DNA of 34,414 nucleotides from a virus: IMG/VR virus record IMGVR_UViG_3300045988_042009; one strand, 5' to 3'. Shown piece by piece: positions 1 to 5,360 of this stretch (position 1 is its first letter; each line of letters starts with the position of its first letter). The notes under the pieces were generated by a model. It saw only the letters and a program-made list of their open reading frames with translations, ran no database searches and was not told where the DNA came from. The position numbers and the translations under genes were made by a program.

Positions 1-27
1 AAAGACGCTGTTAAATAATAGCGATTT

Positions 28-74
28 AAAAAGCCTATTGCGTCAAGCTTTCTAGCTTGTACAATAGGCTTTTT
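28..74. terminator. Bidirectional intrinsic terminator downstream of int
   Basis: AAAAAGCCTATTG (28-40) pairs with CAATAGGCTTTTT (62-74). An inner stem is CAAGCT (44-49)/AGCTTG (54-59). A-run on one side and T-run on the other give a U-tract on both strands. Confidence 0.75.
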
Positions 75-80
75 CTTGTG

Positions 81-102
81 TTTTGGGGCATTTTTGGGGC
101 AT
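81..102 (+). promoter_or_regulatory. Two tandem TTTTGGGGCAT repeats (11-bp period); putative integrase arm-type binding sites
   Basis: TTTTGGGGCAT at 81-91 and 92-102, directly beside the int 3' end. The same GGGGCA core recurs three times at 34113-34159. Confidence 0.55.
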
Positions 103-106
103 AAAA

Positions 107-1249
107 TCAATAGTTTTCCATGATGTCAGCCACATTTGACTTCATTTTCTTGGTGATGTGGGTGTAAATTTGAACAGTCGTCTTTGAATCAGCATGACCG
201 ACACGATCCATAATAGCTTTAAGTGGGACATTGTTTTCAGCCAGACGGCTGACTAGAGTATGACGGAAGATGTGGCTGGTAAGATTTTTCCGAATCGGCG
301 TTTCCAATCGCTCGTTGGCAGCTTTAAGAGCTAGGTTGAAAGAGTTAGTTTGAATAGGAACTCCGTTTTTAGTTGTGAAAAGGTAGCCCATGTCTCTATA
401 TCGTAGATTGGTGTTTTTTTCCAGTTCATTCATGAACTCCAATTCTTTGAGGATTTCCATTTCACGGTTGGTCATGATTGTTTCCCGGTAGGAGGCAAGA
501 GTTTTGGGAGTTGTTTTTTCGCCGTTACGGTAGCCCTCTGTGTGGTCATAGGTTCCGTGCAACTGTAGGATTCTGGTTTCAAAATTATAATTTGTTGGTT
601 CGATACTGACTGCCTCACCAATACGGCAGCCATTTAGGCTCATGAACTCAGACAGTAACCCTAAACGGTAAGTGTTGGGGCGTCGATATAACTCTTTAAG
701 AAGCGGTTGGATTTCATCCTCTTCAAGATATTTTTCTTCAATTTTCTTCCAATCTTCCAAAGTTTTCTTTATTCGCGGGAGCTTGGCCCGCCGAGACGGA
801 TTATCTTTAATAATATTCAGATCAACAGCGTAATCAAAAGCAAGGTTGAGCATAGATTTGTGACGTTCTTTCTTGTTTCTGGAGCAGTCGAGATTGTCTA
901 GGTAAGTTTGGACATATTTGGGATCAATATTGACCACTTTTACATTCAGTCCAAAAGACTCTCTTATTTCTTTGATATTGCCCATTAACGAAGCGATAGA
1001 CGACCGTTTTATCTCTTGCTGATAAAATCCCCACCACTGGTCTAAAAGAGCTGTAAAGAGCATTTCTGACGTTTTTAGGTTATTCAAAAGGTTAGTTATC
1101 TTAGTATCAAGTATCTTTTGGGCTTCTTTTCGTATTCTGGGGGTGTCTTTCTCCATGAGTATAGACGTTCTTTTCCATTTGTTGGTATAAGGGTCACGGT
1201 ATCTTTCGATAAAATTTACTTTTCCGCTTTTGTGTTGTTCTACCCACAT
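107..1249 (-). CDS. int: Tyrosine site-specific integrase
   Basis: 380-aa ORF. Catalytic-type motifs are visible: R in NGCRIGEA, HIFRHT (HxxR), GH...SKTT, and Y in VQIYTHI. SD AAGGAG lies upstream of the ATG. Canonical position at the edge of the lysogeny module. Confidence 0.93.
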   Translation of the reverse strand: MWVEQHKSGKVNFIERYRDPYTNKWKRTSILMEKDTPRIRKEAQKILDTKITNLLNNLKTSEMLFTALLDQWWGFYQQEIKRSSIASLMGNIKEIRESFGLNVKVVNIDPKYVQTYLDNLDCSRNKKERHKSMLNLAFDYAVDLNIIKDNPSRRAKLPRIKKTLEDWKKIEEKYLEEDEIQPLLKELYRRPNTYRLGLLSEFMSLNGCRIGEAVSIEPTNYNFETRILQLHGTYDHTEGYRNGEKTTPKTLASYRETIMTNREMEILKELEFMNELEKNTNLRYRDMGYLFTTKNGVPIQTNSFNLALKAANERLETPIRKNLTSHIFRHTLVSRLAENNVPLKAIMDRVGHADSKTTVQIYTHITKKMKSNVADIMENY

Positions 1250-1328
1250 TGTGTTTTCTCCTTAAATTTGGTAAAATGGGTATAGGAAAACGACCTTTTG
1301 AATGGTTGTTTCTTATACAATCGTTTTT

Positions 1329-1374
1329 GCCTCACGCTCAGAGTCGCCAAACTTTGAGAGCGTGGGGCTTTTTT
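1329..1374 (+). terminator. Strong hairpin plus T6; canonical terminator only for plus-strand transcripts
   Basis: An 11-bp stem, GCCTCACGCTC (1329-1339) with GAGCGTGGGGC (1358-1368), is followed by TTTTTT (1369-1374). On the minus strand the hairpin directly follows the 89-aa ORF stop but lacks a U-tract. Confidence 0.5.
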
Positions 1375-1376
1375 AT

Positions 1377-1646
1377 TTAATAAATTTTTTCAAAAACCAT
1401 AGTAGCTTGAATTCTATCACCACCACCTAGTCCTTTACTTCCGCCATTGCTAGTAGCAATGGTATGTAGACGATAACCTTTTTTGGCTTGTTTATTGATT
1501 GCATTTTCTAACTCTGTTAAATTTCCTGAACCAGTTCCAATAAATTTTTCTTTTAAAGTTACCTGTAATACGACGTAATGAAGATTCTCAATACCTGAAG
1601 CGGAAGAGAAAGATCCTTCTTCTTTTGCTTTGTCAAAAAATCCCAT
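1377..1646 (-). CDS. Small soluble protein, DUF4177-like pattern (lysogeny-module moron, distal gene)
   Basis: 89 aa. The pattern HYVVLQV..F.G..G....LENAINKQAKKGYRLHTI....MVFEKIY resembles the DUF4177 fold family as I remember it. Its ATG directly abuts the TAA of the upstream ORF, and AAGGAG lies inside that ORF's end (translational coupling). Confidence 0.6.
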   Translation of the reverse strand: MGFFDKAKEEGSFSSASGIENLHYVVLQVTLKEKFIGTGSGNLTELENAINKQAKKGYRLHTIATSNGGSKGLGGGDRIQATMVFEKIY

Positions 1647-2066
1647 TTATTTACTCCTTGAATATTTTTTAGAAAATAGGGTGGCAACACCAAATGAAAT
1701 GATACCAAGAATCAAAAAGAATATCCCTAAAACTGGTATCACAAACATCAATAGTAGACCTAAAATAATCATTACAATACCAGCCTGTTTATAGTCTTTT
1801 GTTGTGTAGTCTTTTGATTGTCGGATAGCTTTTTTCTTAACTTTAGCTGAACTTTTCTCTTTTGAAGATTTTACAATGTCCGATAATCCAAAAGTTGTTT
1901 TGCGATATACTTTGTTATACATTGCTTTTTTAGGTTTTTTAATCCAGCCTATTCCTTTTTGTCCATATCCTGGAATCACCGCTTTTTTTATTTGGCGCTT
2001 CCACTTTGATGTAGTCCTAGCTTTTAAGCTTCTTTTTAAACTAGGAGTTCTCATTCCTATTTTCAT
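1647..2066 (-). CDS. Highly basic protein with C-terminal double transmembrane hairpin (lysogeny-module moron, proximal gene)
   Basis: 139 aa. The N-terminal half is K/R-rich (SLKRSLKARTTSKWKRQIKKAVIPGYGQKGIGWIKKPKKAMYNKVYRKTTF). The C-terminus has two hydrophobic helices (GIVMIILGLLLMFVIPVLGIFFLILGIISFGVATLF). Only 11 nt separate it from the cI stop. Confidence 0.7.
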   Translation of the reverse strand: MKIGMRTPSLKRSLKARTTSKWKRQIKKAVIPGYGQKGIGWIKKPKKAMYNKVYRKTTFGLSDIVKSSKEKSSAKVKKKAIRQSKDYTTKDYKQAGIVMIILGLLLMFVIPVLGIFFLILGIISFGVATLFSKKYSRSK

Positions 2067-2077
2067 AAAACACTTCT

Positions 2078-2857
2078 TTATCTTTCTACCGGCATAAAAT
2101 TGCCAACCACCTTACCGATGATACGGGGTTCTTCTTCCCATTTTGCGAATTTATCATCGTATTTGTCATTGATAGAGACGAGCCTTAGGCCATCTTTTTC
2201 TTTATAGACTTTCTTGATATAGCTTTGACCGTCCCAATCCACGGCATAAATGGCGCCATCATAGTCCCAACCAGTATCTTTAATAAGGGCGACAGATCCG
2301 TCAAGAAATTTAGGTTCCATGGAATCTCCATAGACCCAAGAAGCAAAGTCGTGGTCTATATCTTTGTTGTAGAATACGACATCGTAGTTACGATCTTCCA
2401 TGTAGTCGTAACCATTTCCGGCAGATAATTTCTCGAATACATGATATTCAGTAAGCTGCTCGGAAATTTCTGTTTTCTGCGACCGTTTTTGTTCTTCTAG
2501 CTGCGTTTTAGCCGTGTCTAGTACAATTACCCTACGAGGTTCTTCCAAGCGCTCTACGGTCTCAGAAATAGCTTTTGCCGTAGTGGAAAGAGTGGGAGAT
2601 GTGTTCGCAGAAGCAAATCTTGGGTCAATGTCGGATTTTAATAAACCAAAATAATCAGCTATTTTTTGGATGTTTCCAGGGATAGGCAAGGTATTCCCTT
2701 TTATATAGTCGTTAAAAGTACTTCTTGGAATATTGAGCGCGTCAGCTATTTGTGATTGTTTTAAATTTTTTTCAAATAAAATTTTTTGAAGATTGTTAGA
2801 TACAACTTCCATCGCTTCTAACTCATGCGGAGTTAATTTTCCTCGTCCTCTAGCCAT
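2078..2857 (-). CDS. cI-type repressor: XRE helix-turn-helix plus S24/LexA-like autopeptidase
   Basis: 259 aa. N-terminal HTH: LKQSQIADALNIPRSTFNDYIKGN. C-terminal GDSMEP serine motif with a downstream YIKKV lysine. SD AAAGGAG lies before the ATG. Divergent from a consensus rightward promoter. Confidence 0.9.
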   Translation of the reverse strand: MARGRGKLTPHELEAMEVVSNNLQKILFEKNLKQSQIADALNIPRSTFNDYIKGNTLPIPGNIQKIADYFGLLKSDIDPRFASANTSPTLSTTAKAISETVERLEEPRRVIVLDTAKTQLEEQKRSQKTEISEQLTEYHVFEKLSAGNGYDYMEDRNYDVVFYNKDIDHDFASWVYGDSMEPKFLDGSVALIKDTGWDYDGAIYAVDWDGQSYIKKVYKEKDGLRLVSINDKYDDKFAKWEEEPRIIGKVVGNFMPVER

Positions 2858-2891
2858 TTTTTTGCTCCTTTCTATTTATCCTTTTTACTAT

Positions 2892-2920
2892 ATAATACCG
2901 TTTTAAATCGTACTTGTAAA
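2892..2920 (-). promoter_or_regulatory. Leftward promoter for the cI operon (-35 TTTACA, 17-nt spacer, -10 TATTAT)
   Basis: The minus strand reads TTTACA (plus 2915-2920), a 17-nt spacer, then TATTAT (plus 2892-2897). The spacer carries an operator copy. Confidence 0.7.
2896..2913. promoter_or_regulatory. Operator copy 1 (TACCGTTTTAAATCGTAC)
   Basis: Shares the core CCGnTTTAAATCG with 2968-2985. Lies in the spacer of the leftward promoter. Confidence 0.6.
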
Positions 2921-2962
2921 CAAAAAAATATAAAAAAATCCGATTTTTTTCGTAAAAAGCTC

Positions 2963-2991
2963 TTGACATCCGGTTTAAATCGGATTATAAT
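2963..2991 (+). promoter_or_regulatory. Rightward consensus sigma-A promoter (TTGACA, 17 nt, TATAAT)
   Basis: TTGACA at 2963-2968 and TATAAT at 2986-2991, with an exact 17-nt spacer occupied by the near-palindrome ATCCGGTTTAAATCGGAT. Confidence 0.85.
2968..2985. promoter_or_regulatory. Operator copy 2 (ATCCGGTTTAAATCGGAT, near-perfect palindrome)
   Basis: An 18-bp inverted repeat with one mismatched pair, sitting between the -35 and -10 of the rightward promoter. Confidence 0.65.
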
Positions 2992-3038
2992 ATAATCAAG
3001 CTTAGAGATAAGCAAATAAAATGAAAGGAAAAATCATT

Positions 3039-3152
3039 ATGCTAAAGCGCCGGCGCAAGAAAAAAGACCCTTGGCTGACACAGCCAAGAGCCACAGTAAT
3101 AGCAGCGATAATCGCACTTATCGCAGTTATACTCCAACTCTTATTTAAATAA
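3039..3152 (+). CDS. 37-aa micro-membrane peptide (MLKRRRKKKDPWLTQPRATVIAAIIALIAVILQLLFK)
   Basis: First ORF after the consensus promoter. AAAGGA lies 9 nt upstream of the ATG, and an alternative in-frame ATG is at 3021. Polybasic N-terminus plus a single TM helix. Below the ORF-track cutoff; translated by hand. Confidence 0.5.
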   Translation: MLKRRRKKKDPWLTQPRATVIAAIIALIAVILQLLFK

Positions 3153-3202
3153 GAGTCACGCCGAAGGAGTAGTAAGAACGGGGCGCAAGCCCCAACTCTT
3201 AC
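3137..3202 (+). other. Structured intergenic RNA or DNA element: 20-bp perfect palindrome plus GNRA-capped extended hairpin
   Basis: ACTCTTATTTAAATAAGAGT (3137-3156) is self-complementary and spans the peptide stop codon. GTAAGA (3172-3177) pairs with TCTTAC (3197-3202), enclosing GGGGC-GCAA-GCCCC (3180-3193). CCAACTCTTA occurs twice (3134-3143 and 3192-3201), allowing alternative pairings. No U-tract follows. Confidence 0.5.
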
Positions 3203-3236
3203 ACCGTCATTCTAGCATAATGCGAGGTGAAAAGCA

Positions 3237-3323
3237 ATGGACAAAAACAAACTTTGGACAGTCGGAGGACTGGTCGCTGTTGGTGTGATAATCGCTATTG
3301 TGATTTGGAATTTGATATTTTAG
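3237..3323 (+). CDS. 28-aa micro-membrane peptide (MDKNKLWTVGGLVAVGVIIAIVIWNLIF)
   Basis: GAGGTGA SD at 3224-3230 lies 6 nt before the ATG. Single TM helix. The stop is 10 nt before the next ORF. Hand translated. Confidence 0.55.
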   Translation: MDKNKLWTVGGLVAVGVIIAIVIWNLIF

Positions 3324-3333
3324 AGGAAGCAAA

Positions 3334-3660
3334 ATGAAAGATAATATTGATCGTGAAATCATTGTTATAGAACCTGGGTATTCTAAGGAACAAATCAAAA
3401 GGATTATCGGACATTATAACAAAAAACAAAAGGAACAAATAAAAATAACCACTTTTGAAAGTCCTAAAGTACCTGAAAGTGAATTATTTAAAAATGCCCT
3501 TTTAAAAGGGGTTGCTTATGGTGTTTTTATGTTATTTTTCGGCATTCCTTTTCTACTATGGGGAGTTTTATCTAACTATAGTACAAATGCTGCAAATGTT
3601 TATGGAATACTTGCGTTTATCTTTACTTTATTTGTTATTATTTCTCTTGAGGATAAGTAA
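3334..3660 (+). CDS. 108-aa protein with soluble N-domain and C-terminal 2-TM hairpin
   Basis: SD GAGGAAG lies before the ATG. Hydrophobic helices are GVAYGVFMLFFGIPFLLWGVL and VYGILAFIFTLFVIISL. AT-rich coding sequence. Confidence 0.65.
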   Translation: MKDNIDREIIVIEPGYSKEQIKRIIGHYNKKQKEQIKITTFESPKVPESELFKNALLKGVAYGVFMLFFGIPFLLWGVLSNYSTNAANVYGILAFIFTLFVIISLEDK

Positions 3661-3663
3661 TTT

Positions 3664-4290
3664 TTACTTTCGTAGAAACTTATCTTTGATTTTTAATTTA
3701 AGTAAAAACCAAGTTTTTTTGTGAGAAAGTGAAACAACAAAGTCTTTTATAGATCTAATTCTATGTTGCCTCCAATGAACTTGAATGACTCTTACCCGCC
3801 CTTTCCTTTCTGCGGCGACATTTGGGTATGTATCTGGAACGGGATTGAAAGGGACTACTAAAAAGCGTTGTGGAGATTCAATTTCAAGAAAAAAATCATG
3901 TCTATATGTTCTAGGAAATTTGAAAGCAAAGTATCTAGCTTCTTTTGAATAAGGAGCAATGATAATAGGGAGATCAGAAGTCTTATCTTCTATCTCGTAA
4001 CGGTTATGATTATTGCAATGAATAACTTTTATTTCTTTGTGAATAAATTCTCCCCAATCAGAAAGATGATATTGAAACTTATCTTGAGTAACCATTAAGC
4101 CTACTACAGTGAAAGGGAGAGATGATTCATTCACAAAAGTAATTTTGACAAACATTGTCTTAGAAGATTCGTCAAAAATCGCTTGACTGTTGGAAATCCC
4201 TATTTTATACAATTCACGATAATGCTTTATCACAAAAAGGTAAGTGGACATTAGGATAGATACTAACGAGATTACAAGTGCAAGCTGCAT
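3664..4290 (-). CDS. 208-aa N-terminally membrane-anchored protein (Sie/Abi-like moron candidate)
   Basis: N-terminal TM (LALVISLVSILMSTYLFVI) followed by a beta-rich-looking domain. SD GGAG lies 8 nt before the ATG. Has its own extended -10 promoter. Very AT-rich: hand counts give 11/60 G+C at 3661-3720 and 20/60 at 3721-3780, against 26/60 at 15421-15480. Confidence 0.7.
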   Translation of the reverse strand: MQLALVISLVSILMSTYLFVIKHYRELYKIGISNSQAIFDESSKTMFVKITFVNESSLPFTVVGLMVTQDKFQYHLSDWGEFIHKEIKVIHCNNHNRYEIEDKTSDLPIIIAPYSKEARYFAFKFPRTYRHDFFLEIESPQRFLVVPFNPVPDTYPNVAAERKGRVRVIQVHWRQHRIRSIKDFVVSLSHKKTWFLLKLKIKDKFLRK

Positions 4291-4316
4291 ATTATTTCTC
4301 CAATCATTTTTATTAC

Positions 4317-4325
4317 ATTATACCA
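4317..4325 (-). promoter_or_regulatory. Extended -10 promoter (TGgTATAAT on the minus strand) for the 208-aa gene
   Basis: Plus-strand attatacca reverse-complements to TGGTATAAT. It would place the transcription start about 20 nt upstream of the ATG at 4290. Confidence 0.6.
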
Positions 4326-4346
4326 CAGAAAAGGAGGTGAGGAGAG

Positions 4347-4562
4347 GTGCAGAAAATGACGTTACGAGCGCTACGAGTTAATAACAATTTGTCTGCTAAA
4401 GAAGCTGCTAAAAAAATAGGTATTCATCATCAAACTTTACTAAAATATGAACATGATAGTTCTAGAATTCCGCTAGACTTACTGCATAAATTAGCAAATT
4501 TATATCAGATTGATCCTAATTTTATTTTTTTAGGCCATAAATCCGATTTAAAACAGATTTAG
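4347..4562 (+). CDS. Cro-like XRE-family HTH protein
   Basis: 71 aa. HTH: LSAKEAAKKIGIHHQTLLKYEHD. Strong SD AAGGAGGTGA at 4331-4340. The start may be GTG 4347 or ATG 4356. Confidence 0.8.
   Translation: MQKMTLRALRVNNNLSAKEAAKKIGIHHQTLLKYEHDSSRIPLDLLHKLANLYQIDPNFIFLGHKSDLKQI
4541..4558. promoter_or_regulatory. Operator copy 3 (ATCCGATTTAAAACAGAT), about 1.56 kb from copies 1 and 2
   Basis: Its reverse complement, ATCTGTTTTAAATCGGAT, shares TTTAAATCGGAT with operator 2 and most of operator 1. Lies in the overlap of the cro-like and 51-aa ORFs. Confidence 0.5.
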
Positions 4563-4703
4563 AAAGGAGAAGACGACCGTATCGCCGTCACTGAAGTTTA
4601 CTTCATTTGCGATATAAGTACCGTTAGCAGTATGAAATAAAAGCGCTATGGAATGTTTGCTAAACAGACTGTTAAGGTACGGTTCTAATTCGGACTTAGT
4701 CAT
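4548..4703 (-). CDS. 51-aa ORF convergent with the cro-like gene, overlapping it by 15 nt
   Basis: Hand translated: MTKSELEPYLNSLFSKHSIALLFHTANGTYIANEVNFSDGDTVVFSFLNLF. Very strong SD GGAAGGAGGA lies 6 nt before the ATG. Below the ORF-track cutoff. Confidence 0.55.
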   Translation of the reverse strand: MTKSELEPYLNSLFSKHSIALLFHTANGTYIANEVNFSDGDTVVFSFLNLF

Positions 4704-4734
4704 GATTTATCCTCCTTCCTAGGTTGATAAGTCG

Positions 4735-4743
4735 ATTATAACA
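4735..4743 (-). promoter_or_regulatory. Extended -10 (TGtTATAAT, minus strand) upstream of the 51-aa ORF
   Basis: Plus-strand attataaca reverse-complements to TGTTATAAT. It would give a leader of about 25 nt. Confidence 0.5.
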
Positions 4744-4768
4744 AAAAAGCAACTGAAAAATCAGCTGC
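4743..4768 (-). terminator. Minus-strand intrinsic terminator
   Basis: The minus-strand RNA forms GCAGCUGA-UUUU-UCAGUUGC (8 bp, one G-U) followed by UUUUUU. On the plus strand there is an A-C mismatch and no U-tract. Confidence 0.55.
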
Positions 4769-4797
4769 TTACCAAAAATACTAACTTAATTATAGCA
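4769..4797. promoter_or_regulatory. Overlapping face-away promoter elements at the start of the early operon
   Basis: Plus strand: TTACCA (4769-4774), 16 nt, TATAGC (4791-4796); weak. Minus strand: extended -10 TGcTATAAT (plus 4789-4797). The two -10 hexamers overlap. Confidence 0.35.
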
Positions 4798-4816
4798 CAG
4801 AAAGGAACAATTTACT

Positions 4817-5128
4817 ATGCCAAAAGCAGAAATAATTTACAGGCCTGCCAATCAGTCTGAAAAAGCAACATATGGCGACTATGCACACCTTTGCCAAATC
4901 TGGGAAGGGTTGACAGTCGGAACTGCTAAAGGTTGGGCGGCAGAAATGAGAGAACATCCAGACTTTCGACAATTCATTGACAACCCAACTCACAGAATCG
5001 TCTTTGTCAATTACGAAGGATTTCGCCTGTTCGTCAAATGGAAATCCCGTAACCGATACAGACCCAAAAAAGAAACACTGGCAGAAATGTTAGAGAACAT
5101 TAAAACAGAAAAACGGTTAGGGGTGTAA
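4817..5128 (+). CDS. Early protein, function unknown (possibly DUF771/excisionase-like)
   Basis: 103-aa ORF. First gene of the long rightward operon. The family resemblance is only a vague recollection. Confidence 0.6.
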   Translation: MPKAEIIYRPANQSEKATYGDYAHLCQIWEGLTVGTAKGWAAEMREHPDFRQFIDNPTHRIVFVNYEGFRLFVKWKSRNRYRPKKETLAEMLENIKTEKRLGV

Positions 5129-5129
5129 C

Positions 5130-5360
5130 ATGCAAAACTACGAACAAATGCGCGTGATTATGAACTGGGAGCGCGACCATTACAGGCTAGGCAACGAATA
5201 CAAGAATAAGCTAGCTAAGAAGCCGGTTGAAGTAGTCAAACAAGAATTGGCTGAGATAGCCGAAGAATGGAATAGCGTTAGCTTTTCAGTCGTGCCAAAA
5301 GGCGCTATGAAGATTGACGGCGATAAAGTGACGATATTTAAAAAAGGAGAAGTCAAATGA
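5130..5360 (+). CDS. Hypothetical early protein
   Basis: 76 aa. SD GGGGTG. Tightly packed with neighbouring ORFs. Confidence 0.6.
   Translation: MQNYEQMRVIMNWERDHYRLGNEYKNKLAKKPVEVVKQELAEIAEEWNSVSFSVVPKGAMKIDGDKVTIFKKGEVK

Larger units (their letters stand above)
1..141. repeat. Terminal overlap copy A, identical to 34274-34414 (circular closure of the contig)
   Basis: Read directly: aaagacgctgttaaataatagcg...ccacatttgact is present at both window ends. It includes the 3' end of the integrase ORF, so it is an assembly or circularisation overlap, not an att duplication. Confidence 0.95.

Noticed and set aside
1-141. Terminal direct repeats as attL/attR or phage direct terminal repeats
   Set aside because: The repeat contains the 3' end of the integrase ORF and stops at arbitrary positions at the window edges. 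That is the behaviour of a circular-contig overlap, not of att cores or packaged terminal repeats.
3207-3398. 63-aa minus-strand ORF across the micro-peptide region
   Set aside because: It has no SD and overlaps two plus-strand ORFs that both have good SDs. Its Cys/His/Pro-rich composition is typical of antisense read-through.
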